Assembly (NCBI RefSeq): GCF_006345805.1
Contig: NC_043012.1
Coordinates: 14,508,001 to 14,572,000 of the forward strand
Source: Octopus sinensis
Lineage: Eukaryota
Direction: 5' to 3'
DNA length: 64,000 bases
Positions 38,385 to 50,284 of this stretch are shown here, one piece after another (the stretch's first letter is position 1; each line of letters starts with the position of its first letter). The translations under genes and the position numbers were made by a program. The notes under the pieces are model-generated. The model was not told the origin of the DNA. It did no database searches and saw only the letters and a list, made by a program, of their open reading frames with translations.

Positions 38385-38808
38385 TTATGACTGAGTGGCA
38401 GTGTGGTAAGAAGCTTGCTTCCCAACACAGGGGTTCTGGGTTCAGTGCCACTGCGCGGCACCTTAGGCAAGTGTCTTCTACTATAGCCTCATGCCGACCA
38501 AAGCCTTGTGAGTAGGTTTGGTCAATGGAAACTGAGTGTATTTATGTGTCTGTGTTTGTTCACTCACCATATTGTCCTCATTGTTTGTTAATGTCTTTTG
38601 TGCCCCATTCGATGTTTTAAAATGTTTAACCAACTCATTCGTTATATATGACCCCCAGATCATATTGTACTGCCCCCTCTATGTACGTCTGTATAGATAA
38701 TAAAAAAAATGTCACCATCACTTGACAACCGATGTTGGTTTGTTTAGGTCCCCCGTAGCCTAGGAGTTCGGCCAAAGAGACTGATAGAATAAGTACTAGG
38801 CTTACAAA

Positions 38809-38863
<55 letters not shown>

Positions 38864-39000
38864 GCGACAGGCTTCTTTCAGTTTCCGTCAACTAAATCCA
38901 CTCACAAGGCTTTTGTCGGCCCGAGGCTATAGCAGAAGACACTGAACCTGGAACCATGTTGGTAAGCAAGCTACTTACCACACAGCCACTCCTGCACCTA
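38385..39000. mobile_element. SINE group B fragments (38385-38540 +, 38715-38815 +, 38862-39000 -)
   Basis: Match family blocks. Others at 24965-25095 (-) and 36450-36590 (-). Confidence 0.8.
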
Positions 39001-39072
39001 TGTATGTATGTATGTATGTATATATGTATATATATATGTATATATAGATATATATATATATATATATATATC

Positions 39073-39165
<93 letters not shown>

Positions 39166-39670
39166 TATTATGTATATGCGGTGTGTGATGTGTGTGTATT
39201 ATATATAATCAAGTTTTCAATAAAACGTACAATTGTTTAACTTTCTAAATCATACCGTGTTTGGCTGTTAAACTGAAATCTACTTGAGGTGATTATCGCT
39301 AAACACCTGTTCTTAGACATAAATAAGTTATACATTAAAATAGAAACGACCGAGTCAATCGTTGTCTTACATCTCTTACATTTGTTCACCTTTCATAACA
39401 TAGTCATTACATGATTCTATAAACTTGAATACTTGTACAAGTCAATGGACTGGATTTGCGCGAAACGTAATACGTTAGTCTCTGAAATCATCGTCCCTAC
39501 ACACATTTGTTCGACTAAAGGCAGTGTTTCAGCACCGCTGCAGTCAAATGACTGACACACTTAAAATAATGTATATATATATACTGAATGATTGATACGG
39601 AATACAGAGTATACTGAAAGATTTATTAAGCACAATACATATATGTGTATATTATATATATATATATATA

Positions 39671-39742
<72 letters not shown>

Positions 39743-39937
39743 TATGTATGTATGTATGTATGTATACACACCGGAGTGAGCATATAAATTCGAAACAAGG
39801 TGGAAAAATAGTATTCAAATACCAGAGGTAGAGTAATATGTTTTATTGAGAAGCAGCAAAAGTATCACAAAAACTGTCACGTTCCCGTTCGTCGGACAGT
39901 TTCTAAACAAAATTATCCGATGAGCGGGAACGTGAAA

Positions 39938-40010
<73 letters not shown>

Positions 40011-40412
40011 TATATGCATATATATATGCACATATATGTTTGTGTGTGTGTATATTTATATATATATGTGTGTGTGTGTATATGTATATATGTATATGTA
40101 TAGGTGTACATATATATGAGTGTGTGTCATAGCATTCCAATCCTTCTACACAAGGTCACCATCTAACATAATGAATATAAAATGTTTGTATCAGACACCA
40201 GATTCCACTCTGAATCCATAATAAAGCATTTAACTCTAAAATGTTCTGTCGGCTAAAATGTCAACAGCTCTACGTAGACGTGCAATTTCCAACATAACAA
40301 CCTGCATCAGTAAAGAGTGGTTTTAACAGAATTTCAATTAGGTTCATATTCTGTGGTCTTCATTGCTAATAGAATAAACGTATAGACCATATTTTTTAGT
40401 TACGCTCCAGAT

Positions 40413-40564
40413 ATAGGCGCGGACGTTGCTGTGCGCTTAAAAAAACTTGCTTCCCAATCACATGGTTCTGAGTTCAGTCTCACTGCGCGGTACCTTGGGT
40501 AAGTGTCTTCTACTATAGCTCAGAGCCTTGAGTGTATTGGTAGACGGAAACTGGAAGACATTCG

Positions 40565-40603
<39 letters not shown>

Positions 40604-40776
40604 TGTCTGTTTTTCTGTCTGTTTTTCACCCGCCACCGCTTGGTGACCAGTGTTGGCTTGTTTATGTCTCCGAAACTTAGTGGTTCAGCAAAATTAACTA
40701 ATAGACTAAACCATTTCAAGTTGGTTGCCCCAGCATGGCCACAGTTCAATGACAGAAACAATCAAAAGATAAAAGA
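40413..40776 (+). mobile_element. SINE group B, diverged full length
   Basis: All family blocks present in order. Confidence 0.8.
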
Positions 40777-40871
40777 CATTGTTATGCTTAGAGATGGTCA
40801 TATTTTGCCAATTAAACACACACACTATATGGTTGGTCTTTGCTTCAGATTTTTGTTTGTTCCTTCTCAAG

Positions 40872-41158
40872 CCATGCCTGGCTCATAAGGGCCGGTTTCC
40901 CGCTTTCCTTGGCGTATAGGTTCCCCACCTGGACGGGACGCTGGTCCGTCGCAGGTGAACTGCAAGATGCAGGAGGAAAGAGTGAGAGAAAGTTGTGGCA
41001 AAAGAGTCAGCAGAAGTTCGCCATTACCTTCTGCCGGAGCCGCGTGGAGCTTAGGTGTTTCGCTCATAAATACACACATCGCCCGGTCTGAGATTCGAAC
41101 CCGCGATCCGTCGACCGCAAGTCCTCTGCTCTAACCACTAGGCCATGTGCCTCCACTT
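40872..41158 (-). mobile_element. tRNA-derived SINE group C
   Basis: A box TGGCCTAGTGG, B box GGTTCGAATCT. Confidence 0.85.
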
Positions 41159-41329
41159 GCTTCAGATTTTTAATTATTCCATTCGTGTTATAATTTTTTG
41201 TTTCGTCGCACATCCTGTGACCTCTTCAATGACTCACCATCTCTCGTGTCTCCTTTTGTTTTGCTAAGTGCATTTTCTTTTCTGTAGTGTGTATCTTTAT
41301 CTGTGTATGCGTCTGCGTCTTTATCTCTG

Positions 41330-41440
41330 AGTGTGTGCACGTGTGTGTGCACGTGTGTGTGCACGTGTGTGTGCACGTGTGTGTGCACGTGTGTGTGCAC
41401 GTGTGTGTACACGTGTGTGAGCACGTGTGTGTGCACTTGT
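41330..41440. repeat. 12-mer minisatellite (GTGTGTGCACGT)n
   Basis: About eight units. Confidence 0.9.
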
Positions 41441-42425
41441 GTGCGCGTGCGTTTTGTCTGCGTGTATATGAGTGTGCTTACTACGCTGTTTGTACTCTTG
41501 TCTTTTATTTAGTTATCTTATTTTTTCGTTTATTTATTTATTTATTTTATATTCTCCTTTTTGTTTTTCTTTCTCATTCCATTTTTAGTGTGTTTTGTGC
41601 GTGTATTGGTCTATGTATTACTCTGTTTGTATACGTGTCTCTTCTTTTCTTCTCTCTCATTCTGTCTTTAGCCATCAGGTGCGTAGTGTGGTAGAGTGGA
41701 GGGTTGTTATTATTCCATTCATGTTTTTTGTTGAAGCTCGCTCTGTCTATTATTATGTGCGTGGCCTCTGTGATCTGTCTAAGTGTCGTGTCTGTTCTAT
41801 GTGTTGAGAATATCTTAACATCTATGTCCTTAACCTAACCTCTGTGTTCTAATTATGTCGGTAGAGCACTGACGAGCTGCGTGTATTTAATTGGCAAACT
41901 ATGACCACCCCCAAGTATAACACGATTTCACAGCAAGAATCTTGCAAAACAAATGCATAAACGTAATAAAAGATATTGTTCAACATTTTTCTCCCCTTCT
42001 TCAATCGGGAGAGACAACCTATGCTTTTTTATTTCTTTTTGTCATAGCCTAGGATTTAAACTCTGTCAAGATCTTGTTGCTCTCGAAGGTCAATAAAATA
42101 TCTAGCACCAATATATATTGTGGACAAATAAATCAACTCTCTTAACTCACTTTCGCTTTCCTCACTAATTTACATTCCACATCCAAAACATCTTAGACAA
42201 CGTGTTTGCAGAGCAGAATTGTTAGATTATTTGGTAGAATAGCTTACGAGGTTAATTATGGTTCTCTGTGCTCTGCGTTTAATACCCGCTGAGACCAACT
42301 TTACCTTTCATCCTTTCGGAATAGATAAATACCAGTCTAGTACAAAAGTCGATTCTTCTCTCTCTCTCTCTCTATATATATATATAATGCCTTAGTATAT
42401 ATATAATATTATATATATAATATAT

Positions 42426-42479
<54 letters not shown>

Positions 42480-42488
42480 TTATATATA

Positions 42489-42580
<92 letters not shown>

Positions 42581-42583
<3 letters not shown>

Positions 42584-42820
42584 TAAGCAATTAAGGGTTT
42601 AGCAACGAATTGCCTCACCACACACCGAATTTAGAATAGCAGTCAAAGAGTTATAGCTATTCTTTCTAAATTCGGTGTGTGTGAGGCAATTCGTTGCTAA
42701 CCCTTAATTGCTTAGTATTACTTAAATTTTCCTCGAATGAGGCTTTTACATGCTGAAATCTACTTGGTGTAATTAATAATTATTCCAATTAATTAATTTC
42801 ACCCTATATTGTTACTGATA
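42581..42820. mobile_element. Hairpin element (42581-42717) plus asymmetric tail
   Basis: TACTAAGCAATTAAGGG...CCCTTAATTGCTTAGTA. The tail is shared with 54787-54870. Confidence 0.8.
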
Positions 42821-43347
42821 TATATATATATATATTATATATATATATAATATAGCTTTCTCTCTCTCTCTCTCTCTCTCCTCCTCCTCCTCTCTCTGAT
42901 GGAAATCAACTGTGATCAAACCTGAAGAAGAATTCGGCTTCGTATAGTTTAAACTGTCCAAGACCCGCCTCAGGTTATGACGTCACCTCCTACGACTCGG
43001 AAATTAAAATCCCAAGACAAATCAGTTCTTTATTTACCTGTTTTCCTTCAATAACTAAATCTAAACATTTATAAGAGACATTTCATATAGTCTGGTTTGG
43101 GAGGGGATCGTGTGTCAGAAGAGAAACTTTCTATTACCAAAATATGTAGAAGTTCGTTGTGTGCGCCTAACTACTAATAAATAAACATTTTAATATCTCT
43201 GTTTCGTATTTCTCTTTTGTTTTTTATTTGGTTGTTTTTTGCTTTGCTCTGTTTCTTTTTTTGCTTTTTTGTTTTGTTTTTTTTATATTCCAAAAGTATT
43301 TTAGACTTATTTAAGAAACTTTCATATCTCTATATTTTGTATTGAAG

Positions 43348-43586
43348 GACCTTTTGTTATTGACAAGATGAAAGGCGATTTGAAAACGCAGCAGATGCTT
43401 GATGCCGAAACGGTCAATGAATACAAGTTTTTAGTAAGCGTAATAGACCGCGGAATCCCTCGATACACAGTTACAACTTCTGTTCATGTTATTGTTAAAG
43501 ATATCAATGATAATCCTCCACAATTCAGCTCTCCATTTGGGTATAAATCATATATTCTTGAAGGATTTGAAGGCGTTTTACCAATT
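43348..43586 (+). CDS. Cadherin gene, exon type D (GPFVIDKMKGD...LDAE...DRGIP...DINDNPPQF...LEGFEGVLPI), phase 1-0
   Basis: Acceptor TTTTGTATTGAAG|, donor |GTAAGT. LDxE, DxGxP and DINDNPPxF motifs. Confidence 0.93.
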
Positions 43587-44216
43587 GTAAGTAAAAGTTC
43601 ATGAAATGTTTTAAAATTTCATATTCTTCTCTGAGAATACCTCTATGTTTATAAGCGTATTATGTGTCGGTTTTCGTAATCTGAGTTTAAGCCTAGTTAG
43701 ATGAGCAGGCAGAATTGTTTCCGAGCAAAATGCTCAACCACATTTATTTCGACATTTTATGTTCTGAATTTAAATGCCACCGTGGTGGAGTTTGCTTTTT
43801 ACCCTTTCGATCACCATAAAATAAGTATCAGTTGAGCACTAGAGTCGATGCAGTTGGCTTCATCCTCTTTTCAAAATCGATGGCTTTGAGCCAAAATTTG
43901 AGTCATTTAATTCCAGTTCATTTTTCGTCAGACTTATTACAAAGGCGTTCCAAACATAACAATCTCAATTTATTTTGAGACAATGTATCCAAAATTGCAA
44001 TATACCATATATCCTTTCTTTAAACTGATAATAAGTAGTTTGAAAGAAATTTTGTTATAACTGAAAATAAAGGCTGAACAGAATACACGTGACTAGCTTG
44101 CCTCACATCCACGAACCAACCAAAACGCGTCTACGTCATGGATCAGCTTATTATCTTTCCTTTGTTGATGCGTGGATGCAAGGTCTGTTCTATAATGGCT
44201 TTTCTTCAGTTAGATG

Positions 44217-44328
<112 letters not shown>

Positions 44329-44366
44329 TATAGATAATTAGATAGACATATATATATATGTTCTCA

Positions 44367-44755
44367 TAGCTTGCTTACGAACCACATGGTTCCGGGTTCA
44401 GTCCAACTGCGTGGCACCTTGAGCAAGTGTCTTCTACTATAGCCCCGGGCCGACCAAAGCCTTGTGAGTGGATTTGGTAGACGGAAACTGAAAGAAGCCC
44501 GTTGTATATATATGTATGTGTCTGTATATGTTTGTGTGTCTGTATATGTTTGTGTGTCTGTGTTTGCCCCCCCCCCCCCCAACATCGCTTGACAGCCGAT
44601 GCTGGTGTGTTTACGTCCCCGTAACTTAGCGGTTCGGCAAAAGAGACCGATAGACTAAGTCTTACAAGGAATAAGTCCTGGGGTCGATTTGCTCGACTAA
44701 AGGCGGTGCTTCAGCATGGCCACAGTCAAATGACTAAAACAAGTAAAAGAGTAAA
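44367..44755 (+). mobile_element. SINE group B, nearly full length
   Basis: High identity to 35831-36235. Confidence 0.9.
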
Positions 44756-45215
44756 AAAAAAGTATGAATATTTAGTAGAGAAACAACTGCATGACGTAGT
44801 AAACACATCCTCAAACATAAACACTCAGTAAGAACAAAACTTTGTGAACGGAGACACAGAACGCCTTGTTCGATTGTTAAACATGTCTGAGTCACTGCAG
44901 CATAATCATTCATACATTGACATCTCAATTTATTGCTGGTTTCTTACTCTTTTGTCTTTGTATCTGCATCCAATCCGTTATCTCGGTGTACAAAACATGT
45001 AGAAATATGTTGAATTGCATTTTTATCCAATATTTGCCTCAATGAATTACGACTATCATGATCGCACATCATCTAAAGGTTGATGCTTTCCTGTGACGAA
45101 ATACAACAGTCATCAGTATATCCAGGTTCGAATCCACCAAAATGCATTAAGAAGGAATTTGCTGATTTCTATAAACAACATCCAGTATTCTTGTTAGATT
45201 CATTGATCCTGGGGA

Positions 45216-45268
45216 GCTTTTACTGAAGAGACATACAATAAGGCCGAAACAGCGCAGTGTTTCAAAGT
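45216..45268 (+). ncRNA. Type-I hammerhead-like motif, tandem copy 1
   Basis: As copy 2, but stem II is GAC/GCC (one mismatch). Confidence 0.5.
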
Positions 45269-45376
45269 TTCCAGACGTATATCCAGGTTCGAATCCACCA
45301 AAATGCATTAAGAATGAATTTGCTGATTTCTATAAACAACATCCAGTATTCTTGTTAGATTCATTGATCCTGGGGA

Positions 45377-45429
45377 GCTTTTACTGAAGAGACATACAAT
45401 AAGGTCGAAACAGCGCAGTGTTTCAAAGT
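45377..45429 (+). ncRNA. Type-I hammerhead-like motif, tandem copy 2
   Basis: Stem I GCUUUUA/UCAAAGU (1 mismatch), CUGAAGA, stem II GAC/GUC, GAAA, stem III ACA/UGU with 6-nt loop, triplet GUU. Confidence 0.6.
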
Positions 45430-47279
45430 TTCCAGACGTCAATGAATTGCGTGTGCTATAAGCACACATTGTCTAAAGGGAAATGTTTTCCGATCACATC
45501 AGCATAATCACGTTCGAATCTGCCAGAACGTGTTAAGAATGAATGCATAAATTGAAATAATAAAAATTTAATTGAATAATGATAATTGACAAAGTTGATG
45601 GTGTACTTGTTTAAGTGCATTACTGTTTTTAGTTATGTATTTCTAAATTCTGAGGTTGTATTCTACCTAACAAGAAGACAAGAACCGAGATTTTTTTCCT
45701 TCCTTTCATCTATAGATAAAATGATTAAAATTATAAATTAGATTCAAATAAAAAAAAAATTATTTGAATAAAATGTATTCTTTACTGTGTATTTGGAACA
45801 ATGTAACATAGCAATTAAAATACAACGCTAAACCTTTTCAATGTTTTCTTGGTCTCTGCGGGATTTCTTTGCTAAATAACATTAGCATTTATCGAAATTA
45901 ATTTAAATGCAATAATTTTTCAATCGATTATCTACCAAACAAAACATATAGCTTCAACATTTTCTTTTAATTTTGTTGAAGAAATATTTTATTCAACTTT
46001 GAAACGAATGAAGACATTTGCACTTTAAAAGAACTAACCCCGGATTTACTTAGCTCATAAATGGAATTCAGAGCGTATACAGCAATACCACAGAAACGAC
46101 AAGCCGTCAGCTAGCCAGCCTGATCGAAACATCAATGTGGATATCAATTTCTAGTCTGAGTATAGTATATACGAACAAGTTGTTTGCAAGAAGCGTAGAT
46201 TTTGTGATAACTGATCTGTGTAGGCCTAAGCTAAGCACAGGTATGAAGATGGCCGCGTTGCACCTGTAGATTCCCAATGCATTCCTCCCCTACTCATATC
46301 GAGGACCTTGACTTTTTCGGCTCCCTCCAAATACACATTGAAAACGACGTAAATAAATTTCACGTCCAATGAATCGCCCTGTAAAGAAAGTTCCAGATGT
46401 GGTTTGACAACTGATTGTGTGGTCGATGTCTATCAGCCTATCATATGTACTCGACGATAACAATTCGCCCAATTTGCATTTATTAGACTTAACCGAACAG
46501 AGACCGCGGTTTGATTATCAAAATATGTATATTACGGGTCCCACGATAAACATTAAATTTTAAAACCAATGATGTCTTAATTCATTAGCAAATTGGCAAA
46601 ACAGACTGATATGCTATGATTAGAAACCAGATTCAGACTTTCGAACTTTGCTCAAGAAGACACTTAATCTCCTCGCTGTTACTTTCAAACATACACATGC
46701 TACTAACGCATTCGTATACATACCTACATACACAGATACATACATACACATAATGTTTTTACGCATATATAGTTTCATACAATTTAGATGAACAATAAAC
46801 ATGCGAGAGCAATAAAAATAGATCGCTTAACTAGGCACACGTTAAATTTCATTAGAAGAGAAATTTGATGGCCTAAAGTGACTCAGGGAATTACATTCTT
46901 TCATTTTCCAATGAAATAAAACAGAGATATATCAAAGGACATTTCAAACTTTGAAAGACACAATAGACTTTCGTCTTCACAATGCAATATTAAGTGTAAA
47001 CATCCTACGGCCATTAATACGTCATTTAGTAACCACTGCTGACTGCATGTTTACGTATTCTGTGGAAAACAATTTTGCCTTCCGGAGTCCAACCTACTTA
47101 ACATTTCTTACAAAGAAAATAATCGCACATATATGATGTAAATGAAGCGTAAGATACTGCTTGCCGAGAGCTTGCCTTCATTCTGTTTTGCTTTCAGAAC
47201 AATACAATACGTCGATCTGAAATGATTGAGTTCGTATTAATACTTTTGTCGTTGTTGTTGTTTTTTTTATTACTTGCAG

Positions 47280-47452
47280 CAACCTGAACTTACTACATCA
47301 GATGCTGATATAATGGAAGAAACCAAATAGTAACATATAGCCTAGAAGGAAGTGAAAGCGAGGGCTTTGTGATCGATTCTAGAACAGGTGATGTCTCTGT
47401 TAAACCTGGACATCATCTTGATTGTGAATATCGTAGTAGCTACTTACTAAAC
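47280..47452 (+). CDS. Cadherin gene, exon type A' (QPELTTSDADI-fs-GRNQIVTYSL...LDCEYRSSYLLN), carrying a 1-nt frameshift as assembled
   Basis: Acceptor TTACTTGCAG|, donor |GTAAGT. 173 nt versus 174 nt for paralogous exon A. The frame switches near 47309-47314; the 5' frame stops at TAG and the 3' frame has an upstream TGA. Confidence 0.8.
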
Positions 47453-48778
47453 GTAAGTTTCTTTTTAACAATTATTTCAATTTTTTTCCAGTTAAGCTAA
47501 TCGTTTAACGAAGCCCTTGTATAAAATCCTAAACGTTCCCTAAAACCTGGTTGACTTTTAAGGTTTAATACGTATGGTGGGTTTTGTAATATAGATATCT
47601 TCATAGAGAAATATTCAATATCATTTCCATTTATATTCTTATGTTAGATTTATGTTACTGAAAAGTAGACGGAATGTGGAATTTTTTTTCTTTCCACCCA
47701 CTCCCCATATCTGTCAATCTTTTCTGCCATACCAACCTGGAGAAGGCAACAGGAAAATGATCAGTCTATCTGTTCTTTTATATTCTGGAATGGAATAACA
47801 AATGCCAATTCATTACCTGAGACTGAGTTAAACCATCTGCAGTGGTCCTCGCACTTACTAAGAAGCTTCTCTAGTCTAGATTTCCCTGGGTCGCAGAAAA
47901 GGCAAGGCCAGTTTGAGGGAGAAAACTTGCTGGAGGGGTTTCCATGTAAGTCAGTAATGCTAAACTCAAATGCCTTAGTGAATCCCAACTCCATTTGTTC
48001 GTTGACTCATTGTTCGTTTCATCTTCTCTTGCACACAAGCATTGTTTTTTGTTCTTTTCGGTGGGGGGATAGGGTTGTTTTTTATATTGTGTTCTGGCGC
48101 CTAACCCACCGACCAGTAGTTTGCATGATTACCAGTAGTAAATCTTGTAATAAGTGAAAAGATGATATGACAGAGAGATATTACATGGAACTCGAGCCCA
48201 CATAGGATAGATAAAGGGCTGTAAGAATATTGGGTGCATTGCTAGTACACAGTATTGATTTCAGTTTCAACTGCCAGTATAGCATTCAAAGAAAAAGACT
48301 TCTCCAAGGTGTCTTACTCTCGACGCACATCATGAAGTTAAATTCTTCAGTGGTGACCTCCATAGGTTATGCAACTCACAATCCCTGTAGCTCCCAACTA
48401 TGTTTTCTGTTATTTGGGGCTGCATTCGAATTAAGCTTTATTTTTTGTTTTCATTTATTTATTTGTATTATTTGTTTTGTTTATATTTTTGCTGTTTTTT
48501 CTTTTTAAAAATTTTGTTTCGATATATTTTTTTCCTGCCTCAAAGTTATGGATGATTGGAGTGCCCTTTTAATTATGAATTCCTCTACAGCAAATAGAAA
48601 TGGTAACTTTTGTGTGTCAGTCAGGTAAATTGAAACCTGCAGGTAATAATGGGGGAAAACCAAATAGTTGCAGGTGGTATTAAAATGCACCCGGACTAGT
48701 TCTGTAGCGCGCAAACAGATGACGGCACATGGTTACGTGCGCAATGAGAGCTATCAGTGACCTTCATGAGACAGTGTA

Positions 48779-49544
48779 CCGGGTGGTATTGCTGTGCTTA
48801 CTTCGCAAGTTGTGAAATTTGTGTTTTTGTGATCACGTGTATAATGTAGTCCCCGATTTTATTCATGGACAGGATGTTGAAACAAAAAGCCAACGTGAAA
48901 TCTGTGTTAAACTTGGGAAGTCTGCTACAGAGAAGTTGAGTATGTTTCGGAAAGCTTACGGGGACGAATCAATGTCTCCAGTGGCATGGGCGCTTCAAAA
49001 ACGGATGAACCTCTCTGGAAGACAATGAGAGATCTGGATGATCTGCCACGAACGTCATCTCCGGAAATGTGGTATTGTGCATCGGAATTCGCCCCCTGTG
49101 CCAGACTATCAATTGAGAGTTCTACTGTGGCATTTTGAAGCATTTGAGGGACTGGGTCTGTGGAGCGCGAAAAATTGGTTTCTTCACGACGAAAAGGCAC
49201 CCTGTCACCGAGTTCTCCTCACTCGTGAGTTTCTCGCAAATAACAACATGGTATCGCTTCCGCACTAGCCCTATACGCCAGACTTAGCACCTGCGGACTT
49301 CCCTTTCTTCCCAAGATGAAAATGCAGTTCAAAGGTCGCCGTTTTAACACCACTGTCGAGATCAAGAATGAATTGCAGAAGGTCCTCGACTCGCTTACGG
49401 AAAACGACTTCTAGGCCGGATTCCAAAAGTGGCCGGAATGCTGGGACCGGGGACTATTTCGAAGGATATGATGTTAAAACTTAAAGTAAATAAGTTATTT
49501 TTCATTTAACATAACTAGTCCGGGAACTTTTTGATACCACCTTG
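48779..49544 (+). mobile_element. Internally deleted mariner element
   Basis: CVKLGKSATE...AYGDE, WFLHDEKAPCH, PH*PYTPDLAPADF...KGRRF. Ends TA-CCGGGTGGTAT / ATACCACCTTG-TA. Confidence 0.9.
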
Positions 49545-49742
49545 TATTCTGCTCACGAATATAACATACTTTGTGTTATAAAGTTTAAACTGTTCACCTC
49601 GTTGTTAACAACACTTCGTCCTAACTTCAGCATTTCGTCTCTATTCTAAAGTTTTGAGATCCTATATTTTAATGAGATCACGCTGCTGACAAAATTCGAG
49701 GAATTAGAAAAATAAATCCTTTTATTTTATTCATACTTCTAG

Positions 49743-49986
49743 ATTACAGCTAAAAATAAAAGGCAAATGGCAACTAGCAGTTTGGAAATAACAGTTCAAG
49801 ACTTAAATGATCATACACCAGAGTTTCTCGATGAATACGAATTCCATGTTGACCCCAAAACATCAGTTGGCAAAGTTATAGGCCAGGTTAATGCTGTTGA
49901 TGGAGATCAGTCAGCAAAAAACAATCAATTTGGTTTCTTTCTTCAAAATGGCAGCTGGGACAAATTTTCAGTTGACACCCAAACAG
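49743..49986 (+). CDS. Cadherin gene, exon type B' (ITAKNKRQ...DLNDHTPEF...AVDGD...FSVDTQTG), phase 0-1
   Basis: Acceptor TCATACTTCTAG|, donor G|GTAAGT. Clear paralogue of exon B (FLLNGSFDKFTVD vs FLQNGSWDKFSVD). Confidence 0.93.
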
Positions 49987-50165
49987 GTAAGTTCAAATCT
50001 GTTACATTGTTTTGGGGGTTTTTTTTTTATTGTGTGTGTGTGTTCTTGGAGTCTTCGACGTTTTCTATCCGAAATTTACATGCTATCATTTATAGCTTTA
50101 CATGTGCTTCGAAATCTACTGCTACTACTACACACACACACAAACGCAGCACGTACACACACACA

Positions 50166-50214
<49 letters not shown>

Positions 50215-50245
50215 ACCACACACACACACACACACATATATATAT

Positions 50246-50284
<39 letters not shown>

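Larger units (their letters stand above)
45116..45439 (+). repeat. Tandem duplication, 161-bp period, within an older approx. 240-bp unit
   Basis: 45116-45276 matches 45277-45437 with few mismatches. 45040-45155 resembles 45439-45545. Confidence 0.92.

Noticed and set aside
42730-42765. GGC...GCU-GAAA in the hairpin-element tail as a hammerhead
   Set aside because: The core reads CGAAUGA, and the second copy (54790) does not support it.
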